Of a stretch of DNA of 64,000 bases, positions 52,856-63,634 are shown one piece after another; positions within the stretch are counted from its first letter, which is position 1, and the number at the start of each line of letters is the position of its first letter. Source of the stretch: Bdellovibrionales bacterium (GTDB lineage: Bacteria; Bdellovibrionota; Bdellovibrionia; Bdellovibrionales; UBA1609); the NCBI GenBank assembly GCA_965219095.1, contig OZ244719.1, positions 416,001-480,000 on the forward strand. The letters run 5' to 3'. The position numbers and the translations under genes were made by a program. The notes under the pieces were generated by a model, which did not search any database, had not been told where the DNA came from, and saw only the letters and a list, made by a program, of their open reading frames with translations.

Positions 52856-54082
52856 TCATTTCACTTCCAAAATTTCTTTGCCTTTAAGTTTAAGAGGTGA
52901 AGCTTTGAAGCTTGTTTCTGAAAGTTGGTTTAAACTTTCTAATTCATACATCTGAGCTGTTTTTTCCGCCATATCCGAGTTAATGAGAGCTACCACTTTC
53001 GCATACCTTTGAGTCATAGCTTGATCCTTATGTCCAAGACTTGCTTGGACAGCTGAGAGGCTCTTTGTGGCCATCAAAGCCATTGTGGCATAAGTATGAC
53101 GGCAAATGTGAGTTCCTCTCCAAGGAAGTCCGCAAGCTCTAAAAGACTTATCAAAAGCCCAGCGAATGGTCGTATAAGGCACAATTCCACCTTCCATTGA
53201 ATGAAAGACTAAGGGGTTTTTGGAATGTTTCTTTATGGCTTTTAACATCTCTATAAGTTTATCAGGAAGAGTAAGCACTCTAACCGAGGTCTTTGTCTTT
53301 GTTGATTCCCTAATCTGAGGAACATCTAAAGCCCAATCAGCTGTTCGAACCACTCTTGCAAACTTGTTTCTAAAATCAACTTCTTTCCACATAAGTCCAC
53401 ACGCTTCACTTACTCTCGCTCCTGTTAAAATCATAAACTGGGCTAAGTGGTAGTAAACAGGATTAGAGATCTTTTCAAGCTCAGAAAGCCACTTTCTAAT
53501 CTCTTCAGGTTTAGCAAAGTAATCAGGCCTTTTGATTTTTGAAGGCCTCTGATGTTGATAGCACCTGTTTCTATGTCCTTGGACAATGGGAAAGGTAAAG
53601 CTAGGATCAATGTTGTTCCTCCACCAATGAAGAACTGAGCCTAAACGTCTTAACTCCATTTTAAAAGAGTGACGTTGATTTTTGCACTTTTGCTTCTTAA
53701 AAAGCCATTCAATCCAATGATCTATACTGATGTGATGTAAGTTTGACATTCTAACTTTTGCTAAAGGACTGTTAAGTAAGAATTTTTGGCATATGTTTTG
53801 AATTTTCTTTTGACTGCTAGCTCTTAAAGAAACAACATACTCTTTAAGATATCTTTTTACACAATCTTCAAAGAAAATCTCCTCTCTTTCTTGTGGAAGA
53901 AAGTTAGTTCCATGAAAAAATCGTTGCTTTTGTTTTTCTTCCCATAGAATAGCTTCCGTCTTTGTTGGAAAAGACTTGGATTTGACACGAACTCCTCTAA
54001 CATACACTTGAGCATAATAGACAGTTTTATTTTTTCCTTTTCTTTTTGTTATCGACATGATTTCTCCTTTTGTTGAAGCCAT
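52856..54082 (-). CDS. int: Tyrosine integrase, divergent paralog (likely start at MSITKRK)
   Basis: TGARVSE, HICRH, LGH, RYA; C-terminal half close to the other two integrases, core-binding region diverged. Confidence 0.95.
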   Translation of the reverse strand: MASTKGEIMSITKRKGKNKTVYYAQVYVRGVRVKSKSFPTKTEAILWEEKQKQRFFHGTNFLPQEREEIFFEDCVKRYLKEYVVSLRASSQKKIQNICQKFLLNSPLAKVRMSNLHHISIDHWIEWLFKKQKCKNQRHSFKMELRRLGSVLHWWRNNIDPSFTFPIVQGHRNRCYQHQRPSKIKRPDYFAKPEEIRKWLSELEKISNPVYYHLAQFMILTGARVSEACGLMWKEVDFRNKFARVVRTADWALDVPQIRESTKTKTSVRVLTLPDKLIEMLKAIKKHSKNPLVFHSMEGGIVPYTTIRWAFDKSFRACGLPWRGTHICRHTYATMALMATKSLSAVQASLGHKDQAMTQRYAKVVALINSDMAEKTAQMYELESLNQLSETSFKASPLKLKGKEILEVK

Positions 54083-54357
54083 TTCTCTAACTTATCATTC
54101 GGGAAATAGACGTTTCGGCCTATTTTCAAGAAAGGGATTTTTCTCATAGACATCCAATTACGGATGGTCTTAGGAGAAATTTCCAAAAACTCCGAAAGCT
54201 CTCTAAGGTTTATTAAATTGTCAAAGAACAGGCCCTTTTTTTGAGGGCGAATAGTGTTCTCTAAGCTACTATTTTTTTTGATTGGTTTCAATTCTTTTTT
54301 ATCCATTTTTATTTCTCCTTTTAAAATATGGCGAAGAAGCTTAAAAAGCTCCCTCAT
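54049..54357 (-). CDS. Excisionase-like HTH protein (likely start at MDKKEL)
   Basis: LINLRELSEFLEISPKTIRNWMSMRKIPFLKIGRNVYF. Confidence 0.8.
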   Translation of the reverse strand: MRELFKLLRHILKGEIKMDKKELKPIKKNSSLENTIRPQKKGLFFDNLINLRELSEFLEISPKTIRNWMSMRKIPFLKIGRNVYFPNDKLEKWLQQKEKSCR

Positions 54358-54630
54358 TTGGTTTCTTCTAAGAACTCTGACTTTTCCTCACTGAATATGG
54401 TGAATTTACGCACTCAAAAAAGTGTTGTAAATTTTACTTTTCTTGCTTTGCATTATGTAACTCCTTTCCTTTTCGATTTGTTATTTGTTTTTTGACCTTT
54501 TTTTTACTCCTTTCTGAGCCATTAAAAAAACTAAAGCTAAACTCAAAAAAACAAAAATTTTTTAACCTGATAGAGAAAATTTTTAATTTAAAAGTTCTAA
54601 AAATTTTCTCTATTTTTTCCTCCTCCCACA

Positions 54631-54791
54631 CCCCCCTTTCCTCTTCCCACATCTATACACCCAACTCTGTGGTACCGTGACCACCCTCTCCCATACTAAA
54701 AAAAGTATGAGCGGGAGAGGGTGGTCACGGTGAAAACCGAAGGTTTTAGCAGAGTTGGGTGTATAAAGACAAAGGGAAAAGGAAAGGGGGG
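54631..54791. other. Nested inverted-repeat structure, divergent version
   Basis: IR pairs 54631-54641/54781-54791, 54654-54669/54750-54765 and 54674-54692/54713-54731. Confidence 0.7.
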
Positions 54792-54857
54792 GCATGCAAG
54801 ACATGTTTTCAGCACTATAAGAAAATTCCAGAATTTTTTTAAAACTACTCATAAAGC

Positions 54858-55127
54858 TCACTCCTTTAAGTTAAAAATTTGAAACAAATCTTGTGAAGTT
54901 TTGATCTTATCAATGAGTACAGCCTGACCTACTTTTAAGTTCTTAAAAACATCAGGTTCGCTCTTCATTTTTTTGGTCTCCAAAAGATTCCCTAAGCCTG
55001 TTTTTATAGCACTCCCTTGAAGAATTTGGCTTTGAGCTTTTAGGCTTACAAGGTCTTGAGATTCTTCTTCTATATTCATAAGAAGCCTTAAATTCTTTTT
55101 TTGTTTTTTGTACTGTTTAAATTTCAT
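54858..55127 (-). pseudogene. Internally deleted coupling-protein remnant
   Basis: DLVSLKAQ joined to KTGLGNLLETKKMK..DVFKNLKVGQAVLIDK (C-terminus of 10747-12342). Confidence 0.75.
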
Positions 55128-55377
55128 GTCTATATGATCTTGATTTGAAGGTGTTTTGCGTTTTTGAGTTCAAAAAATGTTCATCAGTGATAAGAGAAAT
55201 GGATTTTTGAACAAAGTCTTTTGGGTTTATTTTCTTAGCATAAGAGCTTTGATGAGCTTTTTTTAAAAGATCTTTTAGTTTTAAAAAAGTACGTTTTTCA
55301 AGAATAAGACGTGCTACTTTCTTCTTAACTTTTATGCCTTTTCTTTTTGTGTCTTTATTTAATTTATTTCTTTTCAC
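55117..55377 (-). CDS. Small basic hypothetical protein
   Basis: 86 aa, overlaps the next gene, AAAGG upstream. Confidence 0.4.
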   Translation of the reverse strand: MKRNKLNKDTKRKGIKVKKKVARLILEKRTFLKLKDLLKKAHQSSYAKKINPKDFVQKSISLITDEHFLNSKTQNTFKSRSYRHEI

Positions 55378-56806
55378 AAATAAACCTTTCTTTTTTATTC
55401 TTTTAATTTCTAACTTAAGTGATAGTTTTTTATTTTTTTTTTAACCCTTTAGCTTAAGAGTTTTTAAAAACCCTGAAATAGGGGTCAGGCAGGTTTTTTA
55501 AATTTGCAAAAGATAGCTAAAAAATAAATAATTTCAATAAGTTATAACGCTTAAAAATATTTTTTCACTGTGGAGTTCTCATCATCAATTCATCACTTGT
55601 TTTTACTCCCTTTTTTGTTTTTTAAAAGAGTCTTTTTCCTTTTTTTAAAAACTACAATCTCTCTTCTCTAAAATGGGCTAAGCTCATTAAATTTTTATCC
55701 ATGAAATCCTCAAACAGGCTATAAAAATCTTAGAAGGGCTATTAAAAAAAAAGACTTTTTTCTTCATCCATTAAGCTATTTCTTCTTCTTTTTTTAAAAA
55801 AAATGTATAAAACAGCTAAATTTCAGGTTTTGAAAGTAGCTTTTTAAAGCTCTTTGAAGACGATTTTTTGACCTGTAGCTACATAGGATTTGAACCCTGT
55901 AAAAACTCTTTTTTATCTTTTAGAGATATAACATTTTCTGTCTATGGCCTCCTTTTCTTTTATGAAGCGGTTTTTTTAACTTCAAGGGTTTTGGCATGGA
56001 TATTCTTTTTTTATTTCTTCGAACAAATAGAGCTGATCTTGACCGGACATGGAAAATTTCCCCCTCACTATAGGGGAGGTGCTAACCCCCATGGGGGTTA
56101 AATTCCTTCTAAGTGATTGAATTTCTTGGTTTTTTTGTTTTTTAGCTTCTGAACTGGAAATGTTTAATTTTTTAGAAATCTTTCGTTCTGTCAAGCCTTC
56201 ATAGAGACCATTTGAATCACACTTTTTTTTTACTTGAAAGTAACTGAGAGTAGATTTTTTTAAGAAGCTGACTTAAAAAACTCATCTTTTAAAGCTGCTT
56301 TTGGATTTTCTTTTTGGCACTTCTTAAACCTCACATCGATACAATCCTGATTAGAAAGTGTTTCATCTCTTAAGCTCAAATAGGTGATCCTTTGGTATAG
56401 GAGAAAGGGCTTTTTTGAAAATATCTTTGGCTTTGATTTTTCTACTATAAGGGATTTTATGGGATTTTACTAAAAGCTCTTTTAATTTAAAAAAGCTCCA
56501 TTTAACTTCTCAAATTAGAGCCCCCTCTTTACGATCGGTCAGAAAGCTTATGGAGGCTTTAGTACAAGGTAAGCTAGAGGGTGAGAGTCAATTGATTTAA
56601 TGTGCCTAACTTTTAGCCTAAGAAAGAAAATAAAAGTAGCTAAGAAGATAGGAAGTAACAACTTAAAATATGGAAGAAGATAGAGTTTTTACTTAGCGAT
56701 CGGAAAAAGACAGTAGAAGTTAGAAGCAAAAAACTTTCCAACAATTTGTTAACTTAAGCCTTTTGGAGATATCTTCCGTAACCTTATGCTATAAAAGAAT
56801 GTCGAA

Positions 56807-57532
56807 TTATTTTTTGGAATTGGTATTACTAAAGTTTTTTGGTTTAAAGTGTTTGGCATTAATAATACTTGCACTACTTCCTAAAGCTTGAATCACAAAA
56901 AGACCTTCTTTCTCAGCCTTTCTAGCTGAACCTTGATTGGCCTTAAGATAAGCTACAGCACCATAAATTATTTTATCTTTATACAAAGGAAGCATTTGTT
57001 TAAAGTTTTTTAATTTGTTTATAAAATGAGTCAAATCTTTTAGCCATAAGGTGGTCTTGACTTCTGTCACAACCACTTCACTGCCATTAACTACAATAAT
57101 GTCAAATTCAAAAGGCTCATCATTCCATACCCCGGAAGACTCTTGAGAAATACTCTGCACTTCAATGTTTCTTTCTTGAAGAAGTTTAACTAAATCACCT
57201 TTTACCAGAGCCTCCATAAGCTTTCCCCATTGACCTATGAAAAGTTCGTCTAACTTTGCCATACGTTTATCAGACTTTTTAAACTGACGATCGGTCTCAA
57301 GTTTTGACTCTTTTAACAAACGCTCTGTTTCTTTGTGGGCTTTTGCGGTCTCTTGTTGAGCTTTAGAGGTTTCTTTGAGTTGGCGGTCAGTCTCTTTTTG
57401 AGCTTTTGCCAGCTCTTTAATTCCCTTAAAAGCTCCTTTAATAGATTCCTGAAGAGCTTTGGGAATCTGGTTGTTTTTTGTTACTTTTATAGCCATATTA
57501 TTTATAGTAGTATAAAAAAACTTTCTTTTCAA
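56807..57532 (-). CDS. Coiled-coil/PD-(D/E)XK-like protein, short-repeat paralog
   Basis: C-terminal ~170 aa near-identical to 32286-33161, with fewer QKETDRQLKE repeats. Confidence 0.7.
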   Translation of the reverse strand: MKRKFFYTTINNMAIKVTKNNQIPKALQESIKGAFKGIKELAKAQKETDRQLKETSKAQQETAKAHKETERLLKESKLETDRQFKKSDKRMAKLDELFIGQWGKLMEALVKGDLVKLLQERNIEVQSISQESSGVWNDEPFEFDIIVVNGSEVVVTEVKTTLWLKDLTHFINKLKNFKQMLPLYKDKIIYGAVAYLKANQGSARKAEKEGLFVIQALGSSASIINAKHFKPKNFSNTNSKK

Positions 57533-57894
57533 GTGGTTTTAAAAAAAAAATTCTTTTAAATAGCCTCACTGCGACATCTCTCTCTAACCTACTGTAAAAA
57601 CAAGAAAATAAGAAAGTGCCAGATAAAAAAGTGCCAGAAAGATGCCGCTAGAGATAATACAACAATTAAATCCGCTTTCAAAAGTAATACAAAAGCTAAG
57701 CTCTTATAAAACTACAAGTAACTTATCACACACTTAGTTTTTTTAGAGTGAGTTCAGAGTAAAAAATTAAGGAACCTTAGAGAACTTTCAGGAAATTTTA
57801 AGATAGATAGTGACGGCTAAGTTGTTAATTTTATTATTTCCTTTTAAATTTTTTAATGATTCTAAGAACTTACAAAAGTTCACAGACCATTTTT

Positions 57895-58341
57895 ATAGGA
57901 ATTCTTGCAGCATTTGCCATTCCTGCATTCGATGGGTTTAGAAAAAAAGCACGAAGCAGTGAAGCTAAAACCAATTTAGGGGCTCTTTTTACTGCACAGA
58001 AAGCTTTTTTCTATGAACACTCAACTTATTGTGCTCATCTAGCTGATGTAGGTTTTTCTGTAACCGGAGCAGACACATATTACACCATTGGTTTTGGTGC
58101 GAACTCTGGTGGTAGTAATAGTGGTTGTACCGCAGGTACTGCACCTGACTGGAAATCAGATGGCAGTAAAGCAACTGCACAAGCTCCTGAAGCAGCTTGT
58201 GATGCTGACACAACAGATTTTACTGCTGGTGCAGTCGGTCCAAAGGATGGTACTGACCTTATAGACGTAGATAGTAACTATCGTATGGACCAAACAAAGA
58301 AGCTTAACTCCAATAGTATTTTCGACAAAGCTGGTTGTTAA
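57895..58341 (+). CDS. pilA: Leaderless type IVa pilin 3' cassette 4 (terminal, most divergent)
   Basis: Core with one V>F change; no integrase follows. Confidence 0.85.
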   Translation: MGILAAFAIPAFDGFRKKARSSEAKTNLGALFTAQKAFFYEHSTYCAHLADVGFSVTGADTYYTIGFGANSGGSNSGCTAGTAPDWKSDGSKATAQAPEAACDADTTDFTAGAVGPKDGTDLIDVDSNYRMDQTKKLNSNSIFDKAGC

Positions 58342-58377
58342 TAACAAAGCCTAATTCTTAGAAACACTTCTTAAGTT

Positions 58378-58410
58378 TTTCAAACCCCTCTCTTAAAGAG
58401 GGGTTTGAAA
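58378..58410. terminator. Hairpin between convergent cassettes 4 and 5 (probable shared terminator)
   Basis: TTTCAAACCCCTCT-CTTAA-AGAGGGGTTTGAAA. Confidence 0.7.
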
Positions 58411-58428
58411 TGAAGTTTAGATATTTTT

Positions 58429-58869
58429 TTATTGACTCGCAATTTTTTTGTTTTGATCAATTTGCCAGTTGGAATTTGTTGAAGCCGTTTCTCCTTCAGC
58501 ACAAGCTATGAACTTCTCAGGAGTTGTTGGAGTTGCTTCTTCTGTTAAGCAAGCAGCATCCAGATCCGATGCTGATTTTTTATTAGCAGTAGTAGCAGTA
58601 GAATCATAAGCTAGTGTTCCTGAGGAGGGACAAGCAGCAGAAGCAGCACTAGTTGTACCTGCAGCCTTAAATCCAACAGCGTAGTGGCGTGTTCCATCAG
58701 GTTCATCAAAACCTACTGCTTTAAGATTAGAACAGAAGCCGTTTTGTTCATAGAAAAAAGCTTTCTGTGCAGTAAAAAGAGCCCCTAAGTTAGTTTTAGC
58801 TTCACCGCTTCGTGCTTTTTTTCTAAACCCATCGAATGCAGGAATGGCAACTGCTGCAAGAATTCCTAT
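58429..58869 (-). CDS. pilA: Leaderless type IVa pilin 3' cassette 5 (inverted)
   Basis: Same core on the minus strand, preceded by arm type A. Confidence 0.85.
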   Translation of the reverse strand: MGILAAVAIPAFDGFRKKARSGEAKTNLGALFTAQKAFFYEQNGFCSNLKAVGFDEPDGTRHYAVGFKAAGTTSAASAACPSSGTLAYDSTATTANKKSASDLDAACLTEEATPTTPEKFIACAEGETASTNSNWQIDQNKKIASQ

Positions 58870-59188
58870 AAATTGATTTGTAAACTTTTGTAAGTTTGCA
58901 GAATCACTAAAAAACAAAAAGAAAATAATAAATTAACCTACCCATCTATTCCCGAATGTTAAGACTTTTCCCCTACATTGAACCTAGTTGATCACGACAA
59001 AACTCCGTACAAGAACGCATATGAGAATCACGATAGTTTTGATTAAAAACAAACTTTAATTTCTTTTGTACTTACTTTTGAAAGCCAGGATTTAATTGTT
59101 GTATTATCTCTAGCGACATCTTTCTGGTACTTTCTTATTTTCCTGTTATATTACAGTAGGTTAGAGAGAGATGTTGCAGTGAGGCTAT

Positions 59189-60064
59189 TTGAAAGAAATT
59201 CTCTTAAAATCACTTGAAAAGAAAGTTTTTTTATATTATTATAACCGCATGTCTTTAAAAAAAACCAATCATTCAATTCCTAAAGCTGTATGGGCTTCGA
59301 TTCAAGCTGTTGCTAAAGAAACTCAAGAACTGGCAAAGTCTCAAAAAGAGAATGCCAAAGCTCAAAAAGAGACTGACCGCCAACTCAAAGAATCTCAAAA
59401 AGAAATCGCTAAAGCTCAAAAAGAGAATGCCAAAGCTCAAAAAGAGACTGATCGCCAACTCAAAGAAACCTCTAAAGCTCAAAAAGAGACTGATCGCCAA
59501 CTCAAAGAATCTCAAAAAGAAACCGCAAAAGCCCACAAAGAAACAGAGCGTTTGTTAAAAGACTCAAAACTTGAGACCGATCGTCAGTTTATAAAGTCTG
59601 ATAAACGTATAGCAAAGTTAGACGAACTTTTCACAGGTCAATGGGGAAAGCTTATGGAGGCTCTGGTAAAAGGTGATTTAGTTAAACTTCTTCAAGAAAG
59701 AAACATTGAAGTGCAGAGTATTTCTCGAGAGTCTTCCGGGATATGGAATGATGAGCCTTTTGAATTCGACATTATTGTAGTTAATGGCAGTGAAGTGGTT
59801 GTGACAGAAGTCAAGACTACCTTATGGCTAAAAGATTTAACTCATTTTATAAACAAATTAAAAAACTTTAAACAAATGCTTCCTTTGTATAAAGATAAAA
59901 TAATTTATGGTGCTGTAGCTTATCTTAAGTTCAATCAAGGTTCAGCTAGAAAGGCTGAGAAAGAAGGTCTTTTTGTGATTCGAGCTTTAGGAAGTAGTGC
60001 AAGCATTATTAATGCCAAACACTTTAAACCAAAAGTTTTTAGTAATACCAATTCCAAAAAATAA
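59189..60064 (+). CDS. Coiled-coil/PD-(D/E)XK-like protein
   Basis: Identical to 32286-33161. Confidence 0.7.
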   Translation: MKEILLKSLEKKVFLYYYNRMSLKKTNHSIPKAVWASIQAVAKETQELAKSQKENAKAQKETDRQLKESQKEIAKAQKENAKAQKETDRQLKETSKAQKETDRQLKESQKETAKAHKETERLLKDSKLETDRQFIKSDKRIAKLDELFTGQWGKLMEALVKGDLVKLLQERNIEVQSISRESSGIWNDEPFEFDIIVVNGSEVVVTEVKTTLWLKDLTHFINKLKNFKQMLPLYKDKIIYGAVAYLKFNQGSARKAEKEGLFVIRALGSSASIINAKHFKPKVFSNTNSKK

Positions 60065-60996
60065 TTCGACATTCTTTTGTAGCATAAGGTTCCAGAAGAG
60101 ATCTCCAAAAGGCTTAAGTTCTCAAAATACATAGGACTTAAGTTAACAGTAAGTCGGTTTCTTAACTGAGTTACAATTTAGGGGTCAACATGGGGACACT
60201 GCCCCCATGTATAGGGGCAAAAGAAAATTTTTATGCTCCTTTCTCCAGTTATAACCCAAGTTTAGAATCAAAATGGAGGAAGAAAATCAACGTCACTCTG
60301 ATAAACTTCCAAAGGGTTTTTATGGTTTGTTTGAAGATTTAAAACCAAGCTCTCATATCACTTTGACCGATCGTAAAGAGGGGGGCTCCAATTTGAGAAG
60401 TTAAATGGAGCTTTTTTAAAAGATGTGAGCTCTGTCCACAATAAAGGAAAAAGTGTGTCTAGAATTGGACAAAACAAAAGAGATGCCAAAGCTTAAAATC
60501 ACTTAAGATCATTTCATTTTTTTTATTCAGAAAAAATGTTAAGAAAGTGTCTGACCCCTTAAAAGCTTATTTTTCACTCTATCTTAAGATTTTCTTATTG
60601 GGGAGTATTTTCTGCTTTTCATTACTTATAAAAAACAAAGTCTATAGTTTCTTTCATTCTAAGAAAGCAGATGAAACATCAAAGGAAGTTTGATGACAAA
60701 AGAAAATTTGTCTCAAAAAGACGAGAAGAAAAGGTGCAAAATGAAAAAACAAGAATTCCATTTGAGGGTTCCTAGAAAGACCTTTTTTTTATCCCAACTG
60801 CAATTCACTAGTGCAACCTTTTCTTTCATCATAACCTCATAAAATCCCTTATGGTAGAAAAATCAAAGCCAAAGATATTTTTGAAAAAGCCCTTTGTCTT
60901 ATAACAGAGGATCATTTGTTTGAACTAAGAGATTCAAGTATAGATATAAAGGATTGATTAGCTCTTTTTGAAATAACAACTTTTATTACAGTCTTA

Positions 60997-61311
60997 TCAT
61001 TCATCTTTGTAGTCCTCTGTTTTCTCTTTTTTTTTGAACTTTTTATAATAGTCTTTTGCAGTTAAACTACTAAGCGACTGGAAAAACAGCCTATCTTCAA
61101 AGCTAGGCTTGAGATGCTTTAATAGCTGAACTACGTCTTTTCCTCCTAGCTTAAGGCCTAGGATTCCTTTTTCACATTTTTTTAAATCAGAAAGAGGAAC
61201 GTTCAGAATAACAGCAATTTCTTCCTGTGATCTCCCTGACCTAATACGCATCTCTCGAATTTTACGCCCTAAGCAGTAGGTTATCATTGTCTTTAAAAGT
61301 TCTTTTTTCAT
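60997..61311 (-). CDS. XRE-family HTH protein
   Basis: Identical to 31039-31353. Confidence 0.7.
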   Translation of the reverse strand: MKKELLKTMITYCLGRKIREMRIRSGRSQEEIAVILNVPLSDLKKCEKGILGLKLGGKDVVQLLKHLKPSFEDRLFFQSLSSLTAKDYYKKFKKKEKTEDYKDE

Positions 61312-61442
61312 AAGATGTACTGTCTTTGAGTCTTTTAGGGTTTTCTTTCAAATACATACGACCGTATGGTAACTAAAAGAAAATAGAAAGTCTAGAGTAA
61401 TTACATATGTATATAACGATTTAATGCAGGGAGATGTAAACT

Positions 61443-61700
61443 TTGGCTTATAACCCTAAAGGCATTCAAAACACTGTCAAGCGATCTGAATGGCAGAGCA
61501 TTCAAAAAATTGGCTCTAATATAAAAAAGCTTAGAGAAAAAAGAAACTGGACTTTAGAATCAGTAGAAGATCGTGGCTATCGTTCATGGAAGCACTGGCA
61601 AGCTATTGAGGCTGGGAAAAGAAACGTCAATGTGACAACCATTCTTAGAATCGCAAAAGTTTTGAAAGTAAAGCCTGAACAACTTTTTTCAAAACTTTAA
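61443..61700 (+). CDS. XRE-family HTH regulator
   Basis: Identical to 30650-30907. Confidence 0.8.
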   Translation: MAYNPKGIQNTVKRSEWQSIQKIGSNIKKLREKRNWTLESVEDRGYRSWKHWQAIEAGKRNVNVTTILRIAKVLKVKPEQLFSKL

Positions 61701-61782
61701 TTCTTTAATAAGAAGACAGTTTTCAAATTCATAATATAAAGTAAAGACATTGATCTGTTTTCTTTAATTTCTCTAAAAAACC

Positions 61783-63315
61783 GTAACTGCTCACCTACAT
61801 TGTTCAGTTATCCCTAACTTTAGACCTGTTTTAAGATAAAAGTCTTGCTCTTACAGATTTTCTTTTAAATACTTTTTTCAAATGACAATAAATAAGACCT
61901 CCATCAGAAATGAGATTAAAAATATAAGAAGTGACTTTGATAAGTTTGCAAAGAAAGGTTCTGTGCCTACTGAGATTTCTGTGATTGTTGAATCTCTCTT
62001 TAAGGTTGTGAACATTCTGATTGTTGTGTTTTTAGAAAAACAGGTTCGAAAAAATTCCAGCAACAGCGGTCTTCCTCCTTCGCAAGATTTTAGTCGTCAA
62101 GGGAATCGTAATAAGAAAGCTAGTGGGAGTCAGAAAAAGGGCTCTAGACTTGATAACAGTAAAGATACAAACAGTGAGGAGACTGTCTCTCCCTCAGAGT
62201 GTTCTCAGTGTGGGATGTGTTTAAAGACAGCAGAGGTAAAAAGCCTTGAGAAGCGTAAAAAGATTGATATTTTTTATGAAATTCAGACCCATACTGTAAC
62301 TTCTGAAGTTAAGGATTGTCCCTCATGTGGAGCTAGAAATAAAGGTCAATTCCCTAAAGGTATGAGTGGTCCTCTTCAGTATGGTGTAGGCATTAGAGCT
62401 TCCATCATCAATTTCATTATAGTTCAGATGCTGTCTTTTAGAGCGTGTTGGGGAACATTACATGGGGCTTATAGGTCGAATGATTTCTCCTGCAGTTATG
62501 TTGAGATACATTGCTGAATTAGGAGAGTTTCTTAAAAGTTGGGAAGAGCAGATGAAAGAAAAGATACTTGAATCAGAGGTCATTCATGTTGATGAGACCT
62601 CTATGAGGGTTAAGGGTAAAAACTACTGGATTCATACTTATAGTTCAGGAGAATTAGTCTTGCAGTTTCTCCACCTTTCAGGTGGAAGGGAAGCCATAAA
62701 AGATATTGGTCTCTTGGATAGATATGCAGGAGTGCTTGTGCATGATTGTTGGAGTCCTTACTTTTGTTATGATAAGATAACTCATGCTTTGTGTGTGGCT
62801 CACCTTTTGAGAGAGCTTAAATTTATAGAAGAAAGCAATGGATTCAAATGGGCTACAAATCTCAAAAAACTTCTTAAAGAGACTGTGGAGTTAGTTCATA
62901 AAAAAGAGTCAAGAGTTCTGACTCAAAAAGAGTACGAAACTCTTCAGAGAAGGTATAGGAGTATTCTTACAAAAGGCTTAAAAGAGCTTCCAGAATTTCC
63001 TAAGAAAAATGGCAAGAAAGGACGAATAAAGCATACACAAGCTCAAAACCTTTGGCTGCGATTTAAAAAGTATGAAGCAGAAATACTGTGTTTTGCTAAA
63101 AGAAAGAACGTAGATCCTACTAATAACAGAGCTGAAAGAGATCTAAGAATGACTAAAGTGAAAAAGAAAGTGTCAGGGTGTTTCAGAACAGAAGAAATGG
63201 CGAAATATTTTTGTCGTATTACCAGCTATGTTAAAACAATGAGAAATAGAGGGTATTCTTCTTTAGAAGCCATCTCTATGGCTTTAAATAAAAACTTACG
63301 AGAGTGAGCAGTTAC
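61783..63315 (+). mobile_element. IS66-family element with frameshifted transposase and 8-bp TSD AAAAAACC
   Basis: TIRs GTAACTGCTCAC; AAAAAACC at 61775-61782 and 63316-63323; +1 frameshift near 62440 splits ORFs 61882-62517 and 62462-63307. Confidence 0.92.
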
Positions 63316-63401
63316 AAAAAACCAAGCTATTGTTTTCATATATGCACATTTTTAAGAATCTGTTTGAAAGAAATACACACTTGAATGCTGTTTGAATGTT
63401 G

Positions 63402-63530
63402 CAGATCTGTTACAAATTTGCATATTTGTTACAAATGTAACAGATCTGTTACAAAATTGCATATTTGTTACAAATGTAACAGATCTGTTACAAATGTATC
63501 GGATTCAGCAAATTTGTAACAAATATGCAA
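63402..63530. repeat. 39-bp tandem repeat (~2.4 copies) built from TGTTACAAA units, plus one inverted unit
   Basis: CAGATCTGTTACAAATTTGCATATTTGTTACAAATGTAA at 63402 and 63441, partial at 63480; inverted at 63511-63530. Confidence 0.85.
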
Positions 63531-63634
63531 CTTTTCAAAAAAAAACAAGAAAAACCTTTTTTTTCATTTAAAACTTTATTGTAGCAAAAGGTTTTATAAA
63601 AGAGTCCTTTTTATAAAACCAAAAAGAAAGGAGT

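Larger units (their letters stand above)
52284..57892. mobile_element. Pilin-targeting integrative element 3 (~5.6 kb, minimal/decayed)
   Basis: Core-to-core unit with divergent integrase, Xis-like gene, IR structure, deleted coupling gene and coiled-coil gene. Confidence 0.72.
58807..63315. repeat. ~4.5-kb inverted duplication of 29036-33543
   Basis: Identical proteins 59189-60064, 60997-61311 and 61443-61700; endpoints lie in the pilin core and the IS66. Confidence 0.92.

Noticed and set aside
7989..58871. Diversity-generating retroelement or retron as the source of pilin variation or the IR structure
   Set aside because: No reverse transcriptase in the window, and cassette differences are not adenine-specific
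63402..63530. CRISPR array
   Set aside because: Repeats are contiguous with no unique spacers, and there are no cas genes
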